A stretch of 64,000 nucleotides of DNA from Kiritimatiellia bacterium (GTDB lineage: Bacteria > Verrucomicrobiota > Kiritimatiellia > CAIVKH01), in the NCBI GenBank assembly GCA_023953695.1, contig JAMLJG010000003.1:7012-71011 (forward strand), written 5' to 3'. Below, piece by piece: positions 20,672 through 31,671 of the stretch. The notes under the pieces are model-generated. The model worked only from the letters and a program-made list of their open reading frames with translations. It was not told the DNA's origin and made no database searches. Position 1 is the first letter of the stretch. Every line of letters starts with the position of its first letter. Position numbers and translations under genes: made by a program.

Positions 20672-21664
20672 CTATGCCTTTTTCGCTTCATTGTCGTTAT
20701 GCGCCACCACCCGGAGGTCGCTGTTTCGGAGAGGGCGGGAATAGAAGGGGAAATCCTCCGGGCGCGACGTATCGGGGCGAAATTTCCAGCGTTTGTAGCT
20801 CCATGCCCAGTGCTCAGGGTGCTGGCGAATCAACTCGGACAAGACATCTGCAATTCGCTGACTGAGTTTCTGAATGGCAAGGTCTTGATCTTCCGACAAG
20901 TCGCTGGTATCCACTGTATGCATCGGCAGCGTTTCGTAGGTGCCCGCCGCGTTCGGAATCATGCAGCCCACGATAACCGGTGCGCCCGTTCGCAGGGCCA
21001 GCAGGGCTGGAGCGGAAGAAATGGGCGCCGGGCGGCCGAGAAAATTGACGAACACACCTCCATCAACAGGCTTGGTGTTTTGATCCAGCACCAGTGCAAT
21101 CTTCCGGCCTTCGCGCAGGGTCTTGAGGAGAGACCTCACCGCTCCTTTTCTCGCCACAATGTGCTGCCCCGTTCGCTGCCGCAAATCGTTGAAGAGCGCA
21201 TCCACCCGCGGGTTTTTGATTGTGGCTGCAACGCTGGTGAGGGGTTCGCCACCGCGCCGACTTACAGCCATTCCGAGTAGTTCCCAGTTTCCCATGTGGG
21301 CCGTGATGCAAATGACCGCGCCCGGTTGAAAGAGCTGTTCATAGCTGGGGTGAAACGCTACGAGCGCTTCCAGTTTGCGCAGCGGTTCCCTCGTGACCCA
21401 GAAAACATCCAGCATGGACAGAGCGAACGATTGGAGCGCTTTGATCGAGAGACGCCGCCGCTCTCGGTCGCTCAGTGTGGGGAACACCAACTTCAGATTT
21501 GCATCGGCGACATCGCGCGTCCGGCTCCCGCCCAATAAATAGGCCGTTCGACCGAGGAAGCGGGCGAGGTAACAAAGAGTAGGGCGGGTCAGGGTGGGGA
21601 TCACCCGCAGCGCCCATTGAGCGAGCCGCACTTCCATTCCAGCTCTCAGTCGGCGTTTCTTCAT
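20672..21664 (-). CDS. Lysophospholipid/lipid A acyltransferase, LpxL/LpxM-family paralog
   Basis: LPLAT motifs (ITAHMGNWE, HPEHWAWSYKRWK). Start placed at ATG 21664 (MKKRRL...) because the longer ORF overlaps the tRNA-Lys gene. Confidence 0.78.
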   Translation of the reverse strand: MKKRRLRAGMEVRLAQWALRVIPTLTRPTLCYLARFLGRTAYLLGGSRTRDVADANLKLVFPTLSDRERRRLSIKALQSFALSMLDVFWVTREPLRKLEALVAFHPSYEQLFQPGAVICITAHMGNWELLGMAVSRRGGEPLTSVAATIKNPRVDALFNDLRQRTGQHIVARKGAVRSLLKTLREGRKIALVLDQNTKPVDGGVFVNFLGRPAPISSAPALLALRTGAPVIVGCMIPNAAGTYETLPMHTVDTSDLSEDQDLAIQKLSQRIADVLSELIRQHPEHWAWSYKRWKFRPDTSRPEDFPFYSRPLRNSDLRVVAHNDNEAKKA

Positions 21665-21673
21665 GCGAAAAAT

Positions 21674-21749
21674 TGGTGAGCCGGGAGGGACTCGAACCCT
21701 CGACCACAAGATTAAAAGTCTCGTGCTCTACCAACTGAGCTACCGGCCC
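21674..21749 (-). tRNA. tRNA-Lys (anticodon UUU)
   Basis: Minus-strand sequence GGGCCGGTAGCTCAGTTGGTAGAGCACGAGACTTTTAATCTTGTGGTCGAGGGTTCGAGTCCCTCCCGGCTCACCA. Cloverleaf with 7-bp acceptor stem, D-loop, anticodon loop CUUUUAA, T-loop GGTTCGAGTCC, encoded CCA. Confidence 0.93.
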
Positions 21750-21862
21750 ACAGCGCTTGGGAAATTGGGAAGGTAATGAACTGTGCTGCGGATGTCAAAA
21801 AAAGCATTCCGGTTTTTGAGCAGTAACTGGAGCGAAGCGGTCGAATATGCTGTACTCAAATT

Positions 21863-22678
21863 ATGCGCATTAATTCATGGCGGATTCGGATGGGGCTGCC
21901 TCCAGCGACCTTCTGGCTTCTTTTTTCCTTGGTGGCCGTCTACCTGCTCCAAGTCTTCAACGCCTACGTGATTCATCTGCCACTGGAGTCGTTCTTTGGC
22001 CTCAGTATTTCCGGCATCATGCAGGGTCACCTTTGGCAATTCCTGACCTATCAATTTTTGCATGGCGGCACGATGCATATTGTAGTGAATGGGCTCATGT
22101 TCTACTTTCTCGGCGCCGAAGTGGAGCGCGCAATGGGACGCCGCCACTTCTTGCTCCTCTATTTCCTTTCCGGCGTGATTGGCGGCCTCGGATGGACCCT
22201 GTTCACCTATCCCTATGCCGGGGTCTGCGTTGGCGCATCGGCAGCCATTTTTGGTCTGCTCTCCGCCTTCGCTGTTCTTTATCCCCAGCGCGAGGTAACG
22301 CTGCTCTTGATGTTTGTGTTTCCGGTGACGCTGAAGGCATGGGTCCTGGCACTGGGGCTCGGGCTGATTCAGGTGCTTTTCACCATATCGCCCAGCGGTG
22401 GCGGCATTGCCTATTCGGCCCATCTCGCGGGCGGTTTGGCCGGACTGATCTATACAATTACAGTTTTCCGCCCCGAGCTGTGGGGGGCGCTGGTGGGACG
22501 GTCGAAATCGGTTATCGCCACACATACACAGGCGCGCACCATCCGTCATGCGGAAGCGAATCGCGAGGAAATGGACCGCCTCCTCGACAAGATCAGCAGG
22601 GATGGCATTCATGCCCTCACTCCGGCCGAGCGCCGCCGCCTTGAAGAAATAAGTCGGGCTCGCGGCAAGTCGCGCTGA
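21863..22678 (+). CDS. Rhomboid-family intramembrane serine protease
   Basis: Rhomboid core with GASAAIFG (Ser) and AHLAGGLAG (His) motifs. C-terminal charged extension. True start may be the ATG at 21890. Confidence 0.85.
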   Translation: MRINSWRIRMGLPPATFWLLFSLVAVYLLQVFNAYVIHLPLESFFGLSISGIMQGHLWQFLTYQFLHGGTMHIVVNGLMFYFLGAEVERAMGRRHFLLLYFLSGVIGGLGWTLFTYPYAGVCVGASAAIFGLLSAFAVLYPQREVTLLLMFVFPVTLKAWVLALGLGLIQVLFTISPSGGGIAYSAHLAGGLAGLIYTITVFRPELWGALVGRSKSVIATHTQARTIRHAEANREEMDRLLDKISRDGIHALTPAERRRLEEISRARGKSR

Positions 22679-22689
22679 GCGCTGCGATC

Positions 22690-23370
22690 TCAGCTCAACG
22701 CGGCCGTATCGGCCCAGAGCATAACCTGTGCGTTACCTCGAACGGCCTTTCCAGCCGTGATCGTTTCCGGCGCGTGCAGGAGGTTGTGGACCATTTTTGC
22801 TTTGCTGGCGCCGGAGACGACGAAAATCAGCTCCTCAACGGAATCCAGCACTTCGGGCGAAACGCTGATTCCCTTCAATCCATCCGGGCGCTGCACGCCA
22901 ACGGCATTCACTCCGACGCTGCGGGCCAAATCGCCGTCATTGAAGAGAGACGCGGTGTGTCCATCGGCGCCGAGGCCGAGAAAGCCAATGATCATTCTTC
23001 CGCCGGACGATGAAAACGCTGCGATTTGCCTATCATAATCGCGCACCGCATCCTCGATAGCCCACTCGCCGCGCACGCGAACAATTTGCTCGTCCGCGAT
23101 GCCAGCCTTGTGGAGGGAAGGGGCAATGTTGTGATAGTTGCTCTGCGCGTGGTCCGGTGGAACGTGCCGATCATCGGAGAAGAATACGAGGACGTGTGGG
23201 GACACAACGCGCTTCTCCCTGGCGAGTTGGGCATATGCGGCCAATGGCGTGGAGCCCCCGGCAAGCATGATGCCGACAGGGGTCGAGTAGGGGCCTGCCA
23301 AGACGGAGACGAGCCGATCCGCGAGCGCTTGGGAAAGCGCTGCGTCGTCGGGAAATCGCTGTGTCCGCAT
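22690..23370 (-). CDS. pgl: 6-phosphogluconolactonase
   Basis: DevB/Pgl family motifs (LAGGSTP...GFLGLGADGHTASLF). Confidence 0.85.
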   Translation of the reverse strand: MRTQRFPDDAALSQALADRLVSVLAGPYSTPVGIMLAGGSTPLAAYAQLAREKRVVSPHVLVFFSDDRHVPPDHAQSNYHNIAPSLHKAGIADEQIVRVRGEWAIEDAVRDYDRQIAAFSSSGGRMIIGFLGLGADGHTASLFNDGDLARSVGVNAVGVQRPDGLKGISVSPEVLDSVEELIFVVSGASKAKMVHNLLHAPETITAGKAVRGNAQVMLWADTAALS

Positions 23371-23381
23371 CGCTCGGAGGT

Positions 23382-24845
<1,464 letters not shown>

Positions 24846-24847
24846 GA

Positions 24848-25138
24848 TTACTTCCTGTCAGCCGACTTGGACTTGAACATCCCGAGCATGCGGTGGGTGA
24901 CGAGGTAGCCGCCCACAACATTGATCATCGCCGCAGCCACGGCGATGACGCCCAACACAGTGACCAGTGGGCCTCCATGGCTGAAACCGACGGCGACCAG
25001 TGCGCCCACGATGGTGATGCCCGAGATGGCATTGGAGCCCGACATCAGTGGCGTGTGAAGCTGGGAGGGCACCTTCGAGATCAGCTCGAAGCCCAGGAAG
25101 ATGGCCAGCACAAATACAAAGAACAATAATCCCATCAT
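24848..25138 (-). CDS. pntA: NAD(P) transhydrogenase subunit alpha part 2 (membrane domain)
   Basis: 96-aa three-TM protein between pntA1 and pntB, as in split pntAA/pntAB systems. Confidence 0.9.
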   Translation of the reverse strand: MMGLLFFVFVLAIFLGFELISKVPSQLHTPLMSGSNAISGITIVGALVAVGFSHGGPLVTVLGVIAVAAAMINVVGGYLVTHRMLGMFKSKSADRK

Positions 25139-25155
25139 GATGATGCGCTCCTGAA

Positions 25156-26298
25156 TCAGCTTTTCGGCTGAAAAACCTTGAGAACCGTTTCGTTCACGAT
25201 CTTGCCCTCGCGCGTGACGAGGCTGCCCTTGATGATGTCATCCTCAAGCCGCAGTTCGAACGCCTTCTGCTCTTTGTTCCAGAAGTGCTCGATGAAGTTT
25301 GTGAGGTTGCTCGAAAACATCTGACTCGCGTGAACGGGAACACGACCGGGCATGTTGGACAGGCCGAGAATGCGCACGCCATTGACATCCACCTCTTGAT
25401 CGAGCACCGCGCCCTCCACGTTGCCGCCCGTCTCCACAGCCAAATCAACAATGATGCTGCCCGGCTTCATGCCCTTGACCATGTCTGCGGTCAAGATGAC
25501 CGGAGCGCGACGGCCAAAGACCTGCGCAGTCGTGATGACCACATCCGCATTGGCACAGTGGCGGGCCATCACTTCGCGCTGCTTGGCGAGTTGCTCATCT
25601 GTGAGGGCCTTGGCGTAGCCGTCTTTTGTTTGGCCCGTTTCGCCGAGATCCACTTTGACAAACTTTCCGCCGAGCGATTTGACCTGTTCCTCCACAACGG
25701 GCCGCGTGTCGAATGCCTCCACGATGGCGCCCATGCGCTTGGCCGTCGCTATGGCCTGGAGCCCCGCGACGCCTGCGCCGATGATAAAGACGCGCGTCGG
25801 CGCAATCGTGCCGGCTGGCGTGGACATCATGGGAAAAATCTTGTCGAGCCGCTGGGCCGCCAACACAACGGCGACATAGCCAGCCAGGTTCGCCTGCGAG
25901 CTGAGAACGTCCATCTTTTGGGCGATGGTGGAGCGGGGGATCAGCTCAAGGCTGACCGCGTTGACTCCCGCGTCCGCGAGTTTTCCAACGATCTCCTTCT
26001 CATTGAACGGATCGAGATAGCTGACGTGGATGGAGCCCTTCTTGAGGTGGGGGATATCGGCGACTTCCGGTTTGCGGAGCCGCAATACCAAGTCAGCCTC
26101 GCTCAGCGTTGTTGCGCGATTGTCAAAAATCTTCGCGCCCACCTTGGTGTAATGCTCGTCGCTCAGCCCAATCGTTTGCCCGATATTGTGCTCAACGAGC
26201 ACTTCGGCTCCCAGTTTCACCAACTTTTCGGCGGATGCAGGAATCAACGGAACCCGTCGTTCTCCCGCAGCTGTTTCTCGCAGTGCAACAATCTTCAT
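25156..26298 (-). CDS. pntA: NAD(P) transhydrogenase subunit alpha part 1 (NAD(H)-binding domain I)
   Basis: Alanine-dehydrogenase/PNT N- and C-domains, Rossmann motif IIGAGVAGLQAIATAKRMGA. Confidence 0.95.
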   Translation of the reverse strand: MKIVALRETAAGERRVPLIPASAEKLVKLGAEVLVEHNIGQTIGLSDEHYTKVGAKIFDNRATTLSEADLVLRLRKPEVADIPHLKKGSIHVSYLDPFNEKEIVGKLADAGVNAVSLELIPRSTIAQKMDVLSSQANLAGYVAVVLAAQRLDKIFPMMSTPAGTIAPTRVFIIGAGVAGLQAIATAKRMGAIVEAFDTRPVVEEQVKSLGGKFVKVDLGETGQTKDGYAKALTDEQLAKQREVMARHCANADVVITTAQVFGRRAPVILTADMVKGMKPGSIIVDLAVETGGNVEGAVLDQEVDVNGVRILGLSNMPGRVPVHASQMFSSNLTNFIEHFWNKEQKAFELRLEDDIIKGSLVTREGKIVNETVLKVFQPKS

Positions 26299-26440
26299 GT
26301 CTTCCCTTCGCGGTATTCGTGCATCAAATCAGGTGGCAAGGATAGGTCAAGCCTTGAGATGCAGGAAGTTGCATTTGCAAGGAAGAGGCTGGGACCAAAA
26401 TTTCTTGTCAGCAGCGGCCGTGTCATGCGTCATTAAACCC

Positions 26441-27217
26441 ATGAGGTTCCTTCAAATCATTCTTATCGGTTTGGCGCTTTGCCTCGCGATTCCCGCGCGC
26501 GCCGATCGTCTCGCCGACGCCGATGCGCTCTATGGCGACTTGCTGTCCCGCTTTGTTCGCAATGGGCGGGTGGACTATCGCGGTTTGAAAGCGGCAAGAA
26601 AGGACTTGGATGCCTGTCGGGAGGCCTATGCTGCGATTAGCGAGCGGGAATTCGAAGGGTGGATCGTCTCGACACGATTGGCCTACTTAAGTAACGTCTA
26701 TAATCTGACCGTTCTTGAGATCATCGCGGACGACTATCCAGTATCCCGCATCCAAAAGGCGGGCGGCTGGTTTTCCGGAGATCCGTTTGAGTGGCCATCC
26801 GTGAGCCTGTTCGGCCGCTCCATCTCGCTGAAAATTTTGCAGGAGAACTACATTCGCCGCGACTATGCATGGCCCCTGGCATATTTCGCCCTCTGCCAAG
26901 GCGCGCGCGGCAGCCCTCCGCTCCGCTCCGAGCCCTATACAGGAGCACGCTACTACGAGCAGGCGGCCGATCAGGCAACGCAGTTCCTTCGCTCCCCTGC
27001 GCACAACCGACTCGACGCCGAACGCGGGAAACTATACCTTTCGCCGCTCTTCCACTGGTACGCGAGTGATTTTCGGCGTGAGGCAAAGAGTGTGGAAGCG
27101 TTTGTTCGCAAGGTCAGTCCGGAGGAATGGGGCCTTCGCGATTCACCCAGGAAATTGTCTGTGTCTTATGGTAAGTTCGACTGGCGGCTCAACGACGCCG
27201 CGACATCGAAGAAATGA
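26441..27217 (+). CDS. DUF547 domain-containing secreted protein
   Basis: Signal peptide MRFLQIILIGLALCLAIPARA. Conserved DUF547 core (AYLSNVYN...ALCQGARGSPPLR...LFHWY). Stop overlaps zwf start (ATGA). Confidence 0.7.
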   Translation: MRFLQIILIGLALCLAIPARADRLADADALYGDLLSRFVRNGRVDYRGLKAARKDLDACREAYAAISEREFEGWIVSTRLAYLSNVYNLTVLEIIADDYPVSRIQKAGGWFSGDPFEWPSVSLFGRSISLKILQENYIRRDYAWPLAYFALCQGARGSPPLRSEPYTGARYYEQAADQATQFLRSPAHNRLDAERGKLYLSPLFHWYASDFRREAKSVEAFVRKVSPEEWGLRDSPRKLSVSYGKFDWRLNDAATSKK

Positions 27218-28791
27218 GTGAAATAGTGCAAACCGAAACAAAGCAGGGGAGGGGCCCGGAAACAATACCTCCGACGACGATTCACCTCTCCCAGCCCGTG
27301 ACCATCAATATCCTCGGGGCTTCCGGCGACCTGACGCAGCGCAAATTGCTGCCGGCTCTCTTTGCGATGTACGTGCAGAAGTTGCTGCCAGACGAATTCG
27401 CAATCCTCGGTTTTGCCCGCCGGGATTATACCGATGAAACCTTCCGGCAATTCGCTGGAGAGGCGATCCGCCAGTTCGCCCGGCTCCCTGTGGAAAGCGA
27501 GGCGCTCGCAACGTTCTGCGAGCACGTATTCTATCATCGAGGCGACATTGAGGAATATGCCTCCTTCCGCAGTCTCTACACGAAGCTGTTCGATCGCCGC
27601 CTATTTCCCGCGAATCACCTGCACTATCTCTCGATCCGCCCCGAGCTTTTCGCCACGGTGCTGAGTCACATGAAGGCGTCCGGCCTCATCAATCCGATAG
27701 ACGCGCCCAACTGGTCGCGCGTCGTCATTGAGAAACCTTTCGGACGCGACTGGGAAACCGCGCATGCGCTGAACCAATCCGTCTTGCAACACCTTCACGA
27801 ATCGCAGGTTTATCGCATTGACCATTTCTTGGGGAAAGAAACCGTCCAAAATATTCTCTCCTTCCGATTCGCCAACGCTATTTTCGAGCCGCTCTTCTCA
27901 AGCCACCTCGTAGATCACATCCAAATCACCGCGGCTGAGACCGTTGGGATGGAGAGTGGGCGAGGGGCATACTACGATGCCAGTGGCGCCCTGCGCGACA
28001 TGCTGCAGAACCATCTCCTCCAACTGATGTGCCTCGTCACCATGGAACCGCCTGCCAGCATGACGGCCGATGCCATTCGCAATGAAAAGGTGAAAGTCCT
28101 TCAATCCGTTCACCCGCTCTCCGATGTAGACCTAAAGAAGGCTGTAGTTCGGGGGCAATACGTCGCCAGCACAGATGCAAATGGCAAGGAACGCCCCTCC
28201 TACCGCAGTGAAGATCGCGTCGCCACCGATTCGAAAACGGAGACCTTTCTCGCCGTCCGCCTCTCCATTGATAACTGGCGCTGGGCAGGCGTTCCAATTT
28301 ATCTCCGGACCGGAAAGCGCCTCGCCCGCCGCGTCACAGAAATCGCCGTACAATTCAAGAAGCCTCCACTGCAACTCTTTCAGACGGTCGAATGCGACGG
28401 CGACGTCTGCGATCTCACCGGCACGAGCCCGAACCAACTCGTGTTTCGCATTCAACCCGATGAAGGCATCTCGCTTCGTTTCGCGGCCAAGCGCCCGGTC
28501 ATGCAAGTGCAGGTCGAGAATGTCGCCATGGATTTCTCCTATTCCGAGACGTGGCAGAACCAACTGCCCGAAGCCTATGAGCGCCTCCTCCTCGATGTCC
28601 TGCGCGGCGACACTACGCTATTCACTCGCTCCGACGAAGTTGAAGCGGAGTGGCGCGTCGTGGATCCGATCCTCAAGGCTTGGGCGAGCAATGGCGACTT
28701 TCCGCTCGCCGAATACCCTGCCGGGAGTTGGGGCCCCACAGAGGCCGATGCCCTCATGCACGGGACCGATGAAGAGTGGCTGAATCGCTAG
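27214..28791 (+). CDS. zwf: Glucose-6-phosphate 1-dehydrogenase
   Basis: GASGDLTQRKLLPALF NADP-binding motif, RIDHFLGKE active-site motif, EKPFG. Confidence 0.96.
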   Translation: MSEIVQTETKQGRGPETIPPTTIHLSQPVTINILGASGDLTQRKLLPALFAMYVQKLLPDEFAILGFARRDYTDETFRQFAGEAIRQFARLPVESEALATFCEHVFYHRGDIEEYASFRSLYTKLFDRRLFPANHLHYLSIRPELFATVLSHMKASGLINPIDAPNWSRVVIEKPFGRDWETAHALNQSVLQHLHESQVYRIDHFLGKETVQNILSFRFANAIFEPLFSSHLVDHIQITAAETVGMESGRGAYYDASGALRDMLQNHLLQLMCLVTMEPPASMTADAIRNEKVKVLQSVHPLSDVDLKKAVVRGQYVASTDANGKERPSYRSEDRVATDSKTETFLAVRLSIDNWRWAGVPIYLRTGKRLARRVTEIAVQFKKPPLQLFQTVECDGDVCDLTGTSPNQLVFRIQPDEGISLRFAAKRPVMQVQVENVAMDFSYSETWQNQLPEAYERLLLDVLRGDTTLFTRSDEVEAEWRVVDPILKAWASNGDFPLAEYPAGSWGPTEADALMHGTDEEWLNR

Positions 28792-28803
28792 AAGGAATCC
28801 TCG

Positions 28804-29595
28804 ATGAAAAAGAATGCGCAAATCATCACCGGGCTGGGAGAGGGCGATGTCGCGGGCTACGCATTTCTGCCGGGCGACCCCGGTCGCGTGCCCAAAATTT
28901 CGGAAGGCTGGGACGATCTTCAGGAAGTCTGCCGCGTTCGCGAATACGTCGTCCACACCGGTACCGTGCAGGGCGTTCGCATGACGGCAGCCTCCACCGG
29001 AATAGGGGGGCCTTCGCTCGCAATTCTCGTGGAAGAAATGGCGAAACTCGGCACACATACCTTCATCCGCCTCGGCAATAGCGGCGCCATCGCCGATCAA
29101 GTGCAGCTTGGCGACTACGTCATCTCCACGGGCGCCGTGCGCGACGAAGGCACCTCGCGCAGCTATGTGGGACTGGAATATCCCGCCGTCGCCGACTACC
29201 GCGTCGTTTCCGCGTTGGTCGAAGCGGCAAGCGAGTCGGGCGAGCGTTTCCACACCGGGCTAACCGTCTCTGTGGATGGCTTCTACTCGCGAAACAAAGT
29301 CTATGGCCCGAACCGCAGCATTCTTCCGATGTCGTTCAATGGTTACGAGCAAAGCGGCATGAACGACGTTTGCGCCGACTGGAAACGCGCGCGCGTGCTA
29401 AACGTCGAGATGGAGTCCGCCACACTCTTCACGATGGCAAATCTTTTCGGCCTCCGCGCGGGCACCATCTGCACCGTCTCGGATCGAACCCCGTGGAGCG
29501 AGCCGGGACAGGACGCGCTCTCACTCGATCGCAACATTCGCGGAGCCATCAAAGTGGCCATCCAAGCCGTTCTCAAACTCGATCGCGCTCGCTAG
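28804..29595 (+). CDS. Nucleoside phosphorylase, PNP/UDP family 1 (uridine-phosphorylase-like)
   Basis: Fold-typical motifs ([36 protein letters not shown]...[10 protein letters not shown]). Confidence 0.75.
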   Translation: MKKNAQIITGLGEGDVAGYAFLPGDPGRVPKISEGWDDLQEVCRVREYVVHTGTVQGVRMTAASTGIGGPSLAILVEEMAKLGTHTFIRLGNSGAIADQVQLGDYVISTGAVRDEGTSRSYVGLEYPAVADYRVVSALVEAASESGERFHTGLTVSVDGFYSRNKVYGPNRSILPMSFNGYEQSGMNDVCADWKRARVLNVEMESATLFTMANLFGLRAGTICTVSDRTPWSEPGQDALSLDRNIRGAIKVAIQAVLKLDRAR

Positions 29596-29602
29596 GCTCC
29601 CT

Positions 29603-30397
29603 GTGAAGGCATACCTCGACTTGCTTCGCCATGTCCGCCAGCACGGCGCCCAGCGCCCGGATCGGACGGGCACCGGAACCCTCAGCGTTTTCGGCCACCA
29701 GATGCGATTTGATCTCGCGGAAGGATTCCCCGCAGTCACCACGAAGAAACTTCATTTTCGATCCATCATCCATGAGCTCCTCTGGTTCCTCATGGGCGAC
29801 ACCAACATCCGCTACCTCAAGGAGAACAACGTCACCATTTGGGATGAATGGGCCGATGCAGATGGCAATCTGGGCCCCGTGTATGGCGCACAATGGCGTT
29901 CGTGGAAGACCGCTGACGGGCGGACGCTGGATCAAATCGCAACTGTCGTCCATGAAATCAAAACGAATCCCGATTCTCGCCGACTGCTCGTCAGCGCGTG
30001 GAACCCTGGCGACCTCGACCGAATGGCGCTCGCGCCGTGCCACTGCCTCTTCCAGTTCTACATCGCCAACGGCAAGCTCTCGTGTCAGCTCTATCAACGC
30101 AGCGCCGATATCTTCCTCGGCGTTCCCTTCAATATCGCTTCCTATGCCATGCTCACCCAAATGATGGCGCAAGTTGCGGGACTAAAGCCCGGCGACTTCG
30201 TTCATACCATTGGCGATGCGCACCTCTACCTAAACCATCTCGAGCAGGCGGATCTGCAACTCACTCGCGAGCCGTATCCACTGCCAACCCTCGCGCTGAA
30301 TCCCGCCGTCTCCTCCATCTTCGACTTTCGCTTCGAGGATATCGCCATCGAGAATTACCAAAGCCACCCCGCCATCCGCGCGCCCATCGCCGTCTAA
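29603..30397 (+). CDS. thyA: Thymidylate synthase
   Basis: Canonical ThyA motifs (RTGTGT..., PCH(C)LFQFYV, active-site Cys). Confidence 0.97.
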   Translation: MKAYLDLLRHVRQHGAQRPDRTGTGTLSVFGHQMRFDLAEGFPAVTTKKLHFRSIIHELLWFLMGDTNIRYLKENNVTIWDEWADADGNLGPVYGAQWRSWKTADGRTLDQIATVVHEIKTNPDSRRLLVSAWNPGDLDRMALAPCHCLFQFYIANGKLSCQLYQRSADIFLGVPFNIASYAMLTQMMAQVAGLKPGDFVHTIGDAHLYLNHLEQADLQLTREPYPLPTLALNPAVSSIFDFRFEDIAIENYQSHPAIRAPIAV

Positions 30398-30891
30398 TGA
30401 CCACACTTTCCATCGTTGTCGCCGTCGCAGCCAATCGCGTCATCGGGCGCAACGGCGCTCTGCCGTGGCGCCTCTCTGAAGATTTACGCCACTTTAAGAA
30501 AGTCACCATGGGAAAACCGATCATCATGGGACGGCGCACCTGGGACTCCATCGGCAAGCCTCTGCCCGGTCGCCGCAATATCGTCGTGACGTCGAGTGCC
30601 CACTTCAACGCGCCCGGCGCTGAATGCGCGCACTCGCTCGCCGACGCTCTGCACCTCGCGGAACCCGCGCACGAAGCCGCCGTCATCGGCGGCGCCCGCC
30701 TCTTTGCCGAGGCCCTGCCCATTGCCGACACTCTCTATTTGACCGAAATCCACGCCGACTACGAGGGCGACACGTTCTTTCCGCAGTGGAACCGCGAGGA
30801 GTGGCGCGAAGGCGAGCGCCAGGAGCATCCCGCCACCGATACTGCCCCCGCATTCACCTTCCTCACGCTCAAGCGCGCTCAAGCCGAGTGA
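30397..30891 (+). CDS. folA: Dihydrofolate reductase
   Basis: [53 protein letters not shown]... ATG overlaps thyA TAA (TAATG). The ORF-track longer frame is rejected. Confidence 0.93.
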   Translation: MTTLSIVVAVAANRVIGRNGALPWRLSEDLRHFKKVTMGKPIIMGRRTWDSIGKPLPGRRNIVVTSSAHFNAPGAECAHSLADALHLAEPAHEAAVIGGARLFAEALPIADTLYLTEIHADYEGDTFFPQWNREEWREGERQEHPATDTAPAFTFLTLKRAQAE

Positions 30892-30995
30892 TCCATCGCT
30901 GCCCCGGAGAGGGGCCAATCATTTTGCGCGACTTGAAAATAAATGAACGCCCGTGTACGTTTATTGTCTCAGTAAGAAAAATCGGAGGAAGTGTT

Positions 30996-31325
30996 ATGCG
31001 GTTATCATTGATGTTTGTTGCAGCCTCACTCGTCGCCATGACGGCTGTTTCCAGTTGGGCCTGTGGAGAAGGGCATTCGAAGGACAAGGCGGATTGCAAA
31101 TCTCTCTTTTCCAGCTTGAACCTCACCGAAGAGCAGAGCGCCAAGATCGCGGAGATTCAGGCAAACTGCGAGGCGTCCGGTGAATCACCCGAGGCCTGTA
31201 AAACGGCCATGAAGGACATCCGCTCCGTCTTGACTGCCGAACAGCTTGAGCAGCTCGATGCCAAATGCGGAAGCAAGGCATCCAAGAAGATGAAGTGCGG
31301 CGCGTCGAAGCGCTCTTGCGAATAA
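30996..31325 (+). CDS. Small secreted Cys-rich LTXXQ-motif protein (Spy/CpxP/ZraP-like periplasmic protein)
   Basis: GGAGGA RBS 5 nt upstream of ATG. Signal peptide MRLSLMFVAASLVAMTAVSSWA. Two LTxxQ motifs (LTEEQSAKI, LTAEQLEQL). Seven Cys in 87 mature residues. Confidence 0.65.
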   Translation: MRLSLMFVAASLVAMTAVSSWACGEGHSKDKADCKSLFSSLNLTEEQSAKIAEIQANCEASGESPEACKTAMKDIRSVLTAEQLEQLDAKCGSKASKKMKCGASKRSCE

Positions 31326-31352
31326 GCACTTCGCCATAAACCAATCGAAAAA

Positions 31353-31379
31353 GGCGGTGACTCAGTCACCGCCTTTTTT
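31353..31379. terminator. Bidirectional rho-independent terminator
   Basis: GGCGGTGACT-C-AGTCACCGCC hairpin flanked by an A-run (5') and T-run (3'). Sits between the convergent genes 30996..31325 (+) and 31390..31593 (-). Confidence 0.85.
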
Positions 31380-31389
31380 GCTATCGAGA

Positions 31390-31593
31390 TCAGCGGAAGA
31401 CGCCTGCGAGAATCAAGACGAGCAAGAGCGCCAGCATCAAGAGCGCGCCCCAACGTTTCATACCGTGCTGGCGCGGCGTGGGGTTGGGAAACTCGTAGCG
31501 ACAAATGGGGCAGCGATTCTCATTCGCCGGCACCTCGCTCGCGCACGCGGGGCACTCGCGAGTTCCAAAGTCCTTTTTCTCATCAATCCGCAT
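31390..31593 (-). CDS. Small zinc-ribbon membrane protein (CxxC...CxxC + C-terminal TM helix)
   Basis: MRIDEKKDFGTRECPACASEVPANENRCPICRYEF... followed by hydrophobic WGALLMLALLLVLILAGVF. Confidence 0.55.
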   Translation of the reverse strand: MRIDEKKDFGTRECPACASEVPANENRCPICRYEFPNPTPRQHGMKRWGALLMLALLLVLILAGVFR

Positions 31594-31618
31594 CGCGCAG
31601 GCTCATCGCGGATCCGAC

Positions 31619-31667
31619 ATTTCCAATCGTTGGAAGTCGCTCCACCCGCAATTTCCAATCGTTGGAA
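31619..31667. promoter_or_regulatory. Two copies of palindrome ATTTCCAATCGTTGGAA spaced 32 bp centre-to-centre, upstream of the zinc-ribbon gene
   Basis: Identical 17-mers at 31619-31635 and 31651-31667, each containing the perfect inverted repeat TTCCAA-TCG-TTGGAA. Confidence 0.4.
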
Positions 31668-31671
31668 CTTT

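Noticed and set aside
21665-21709. Longer start for the LpxL-family paralog (MWSRVRVPPGSPIFR...)
   Set aside because: This extension is the reverse translation of the tRNA-Lys gene body. ATG at 21664 directly abuts the tRNA.
26186-26440. N-terminal 85-aa extension of the DUF547 ORF
   Set aside because: The extension overlaps the pntA start region and lacks a signal peptide. The internal ATG at 26441 gives a textbook signal peptide right at the N-terminus.
29998-30396. Long ORF-track frame extending folA upstream through thyA
   Set aside because: It is an alternative frame of thyA. folA begins at the ATG overlapping the thyA stop codon, giving a normal 164-aa DHFR.
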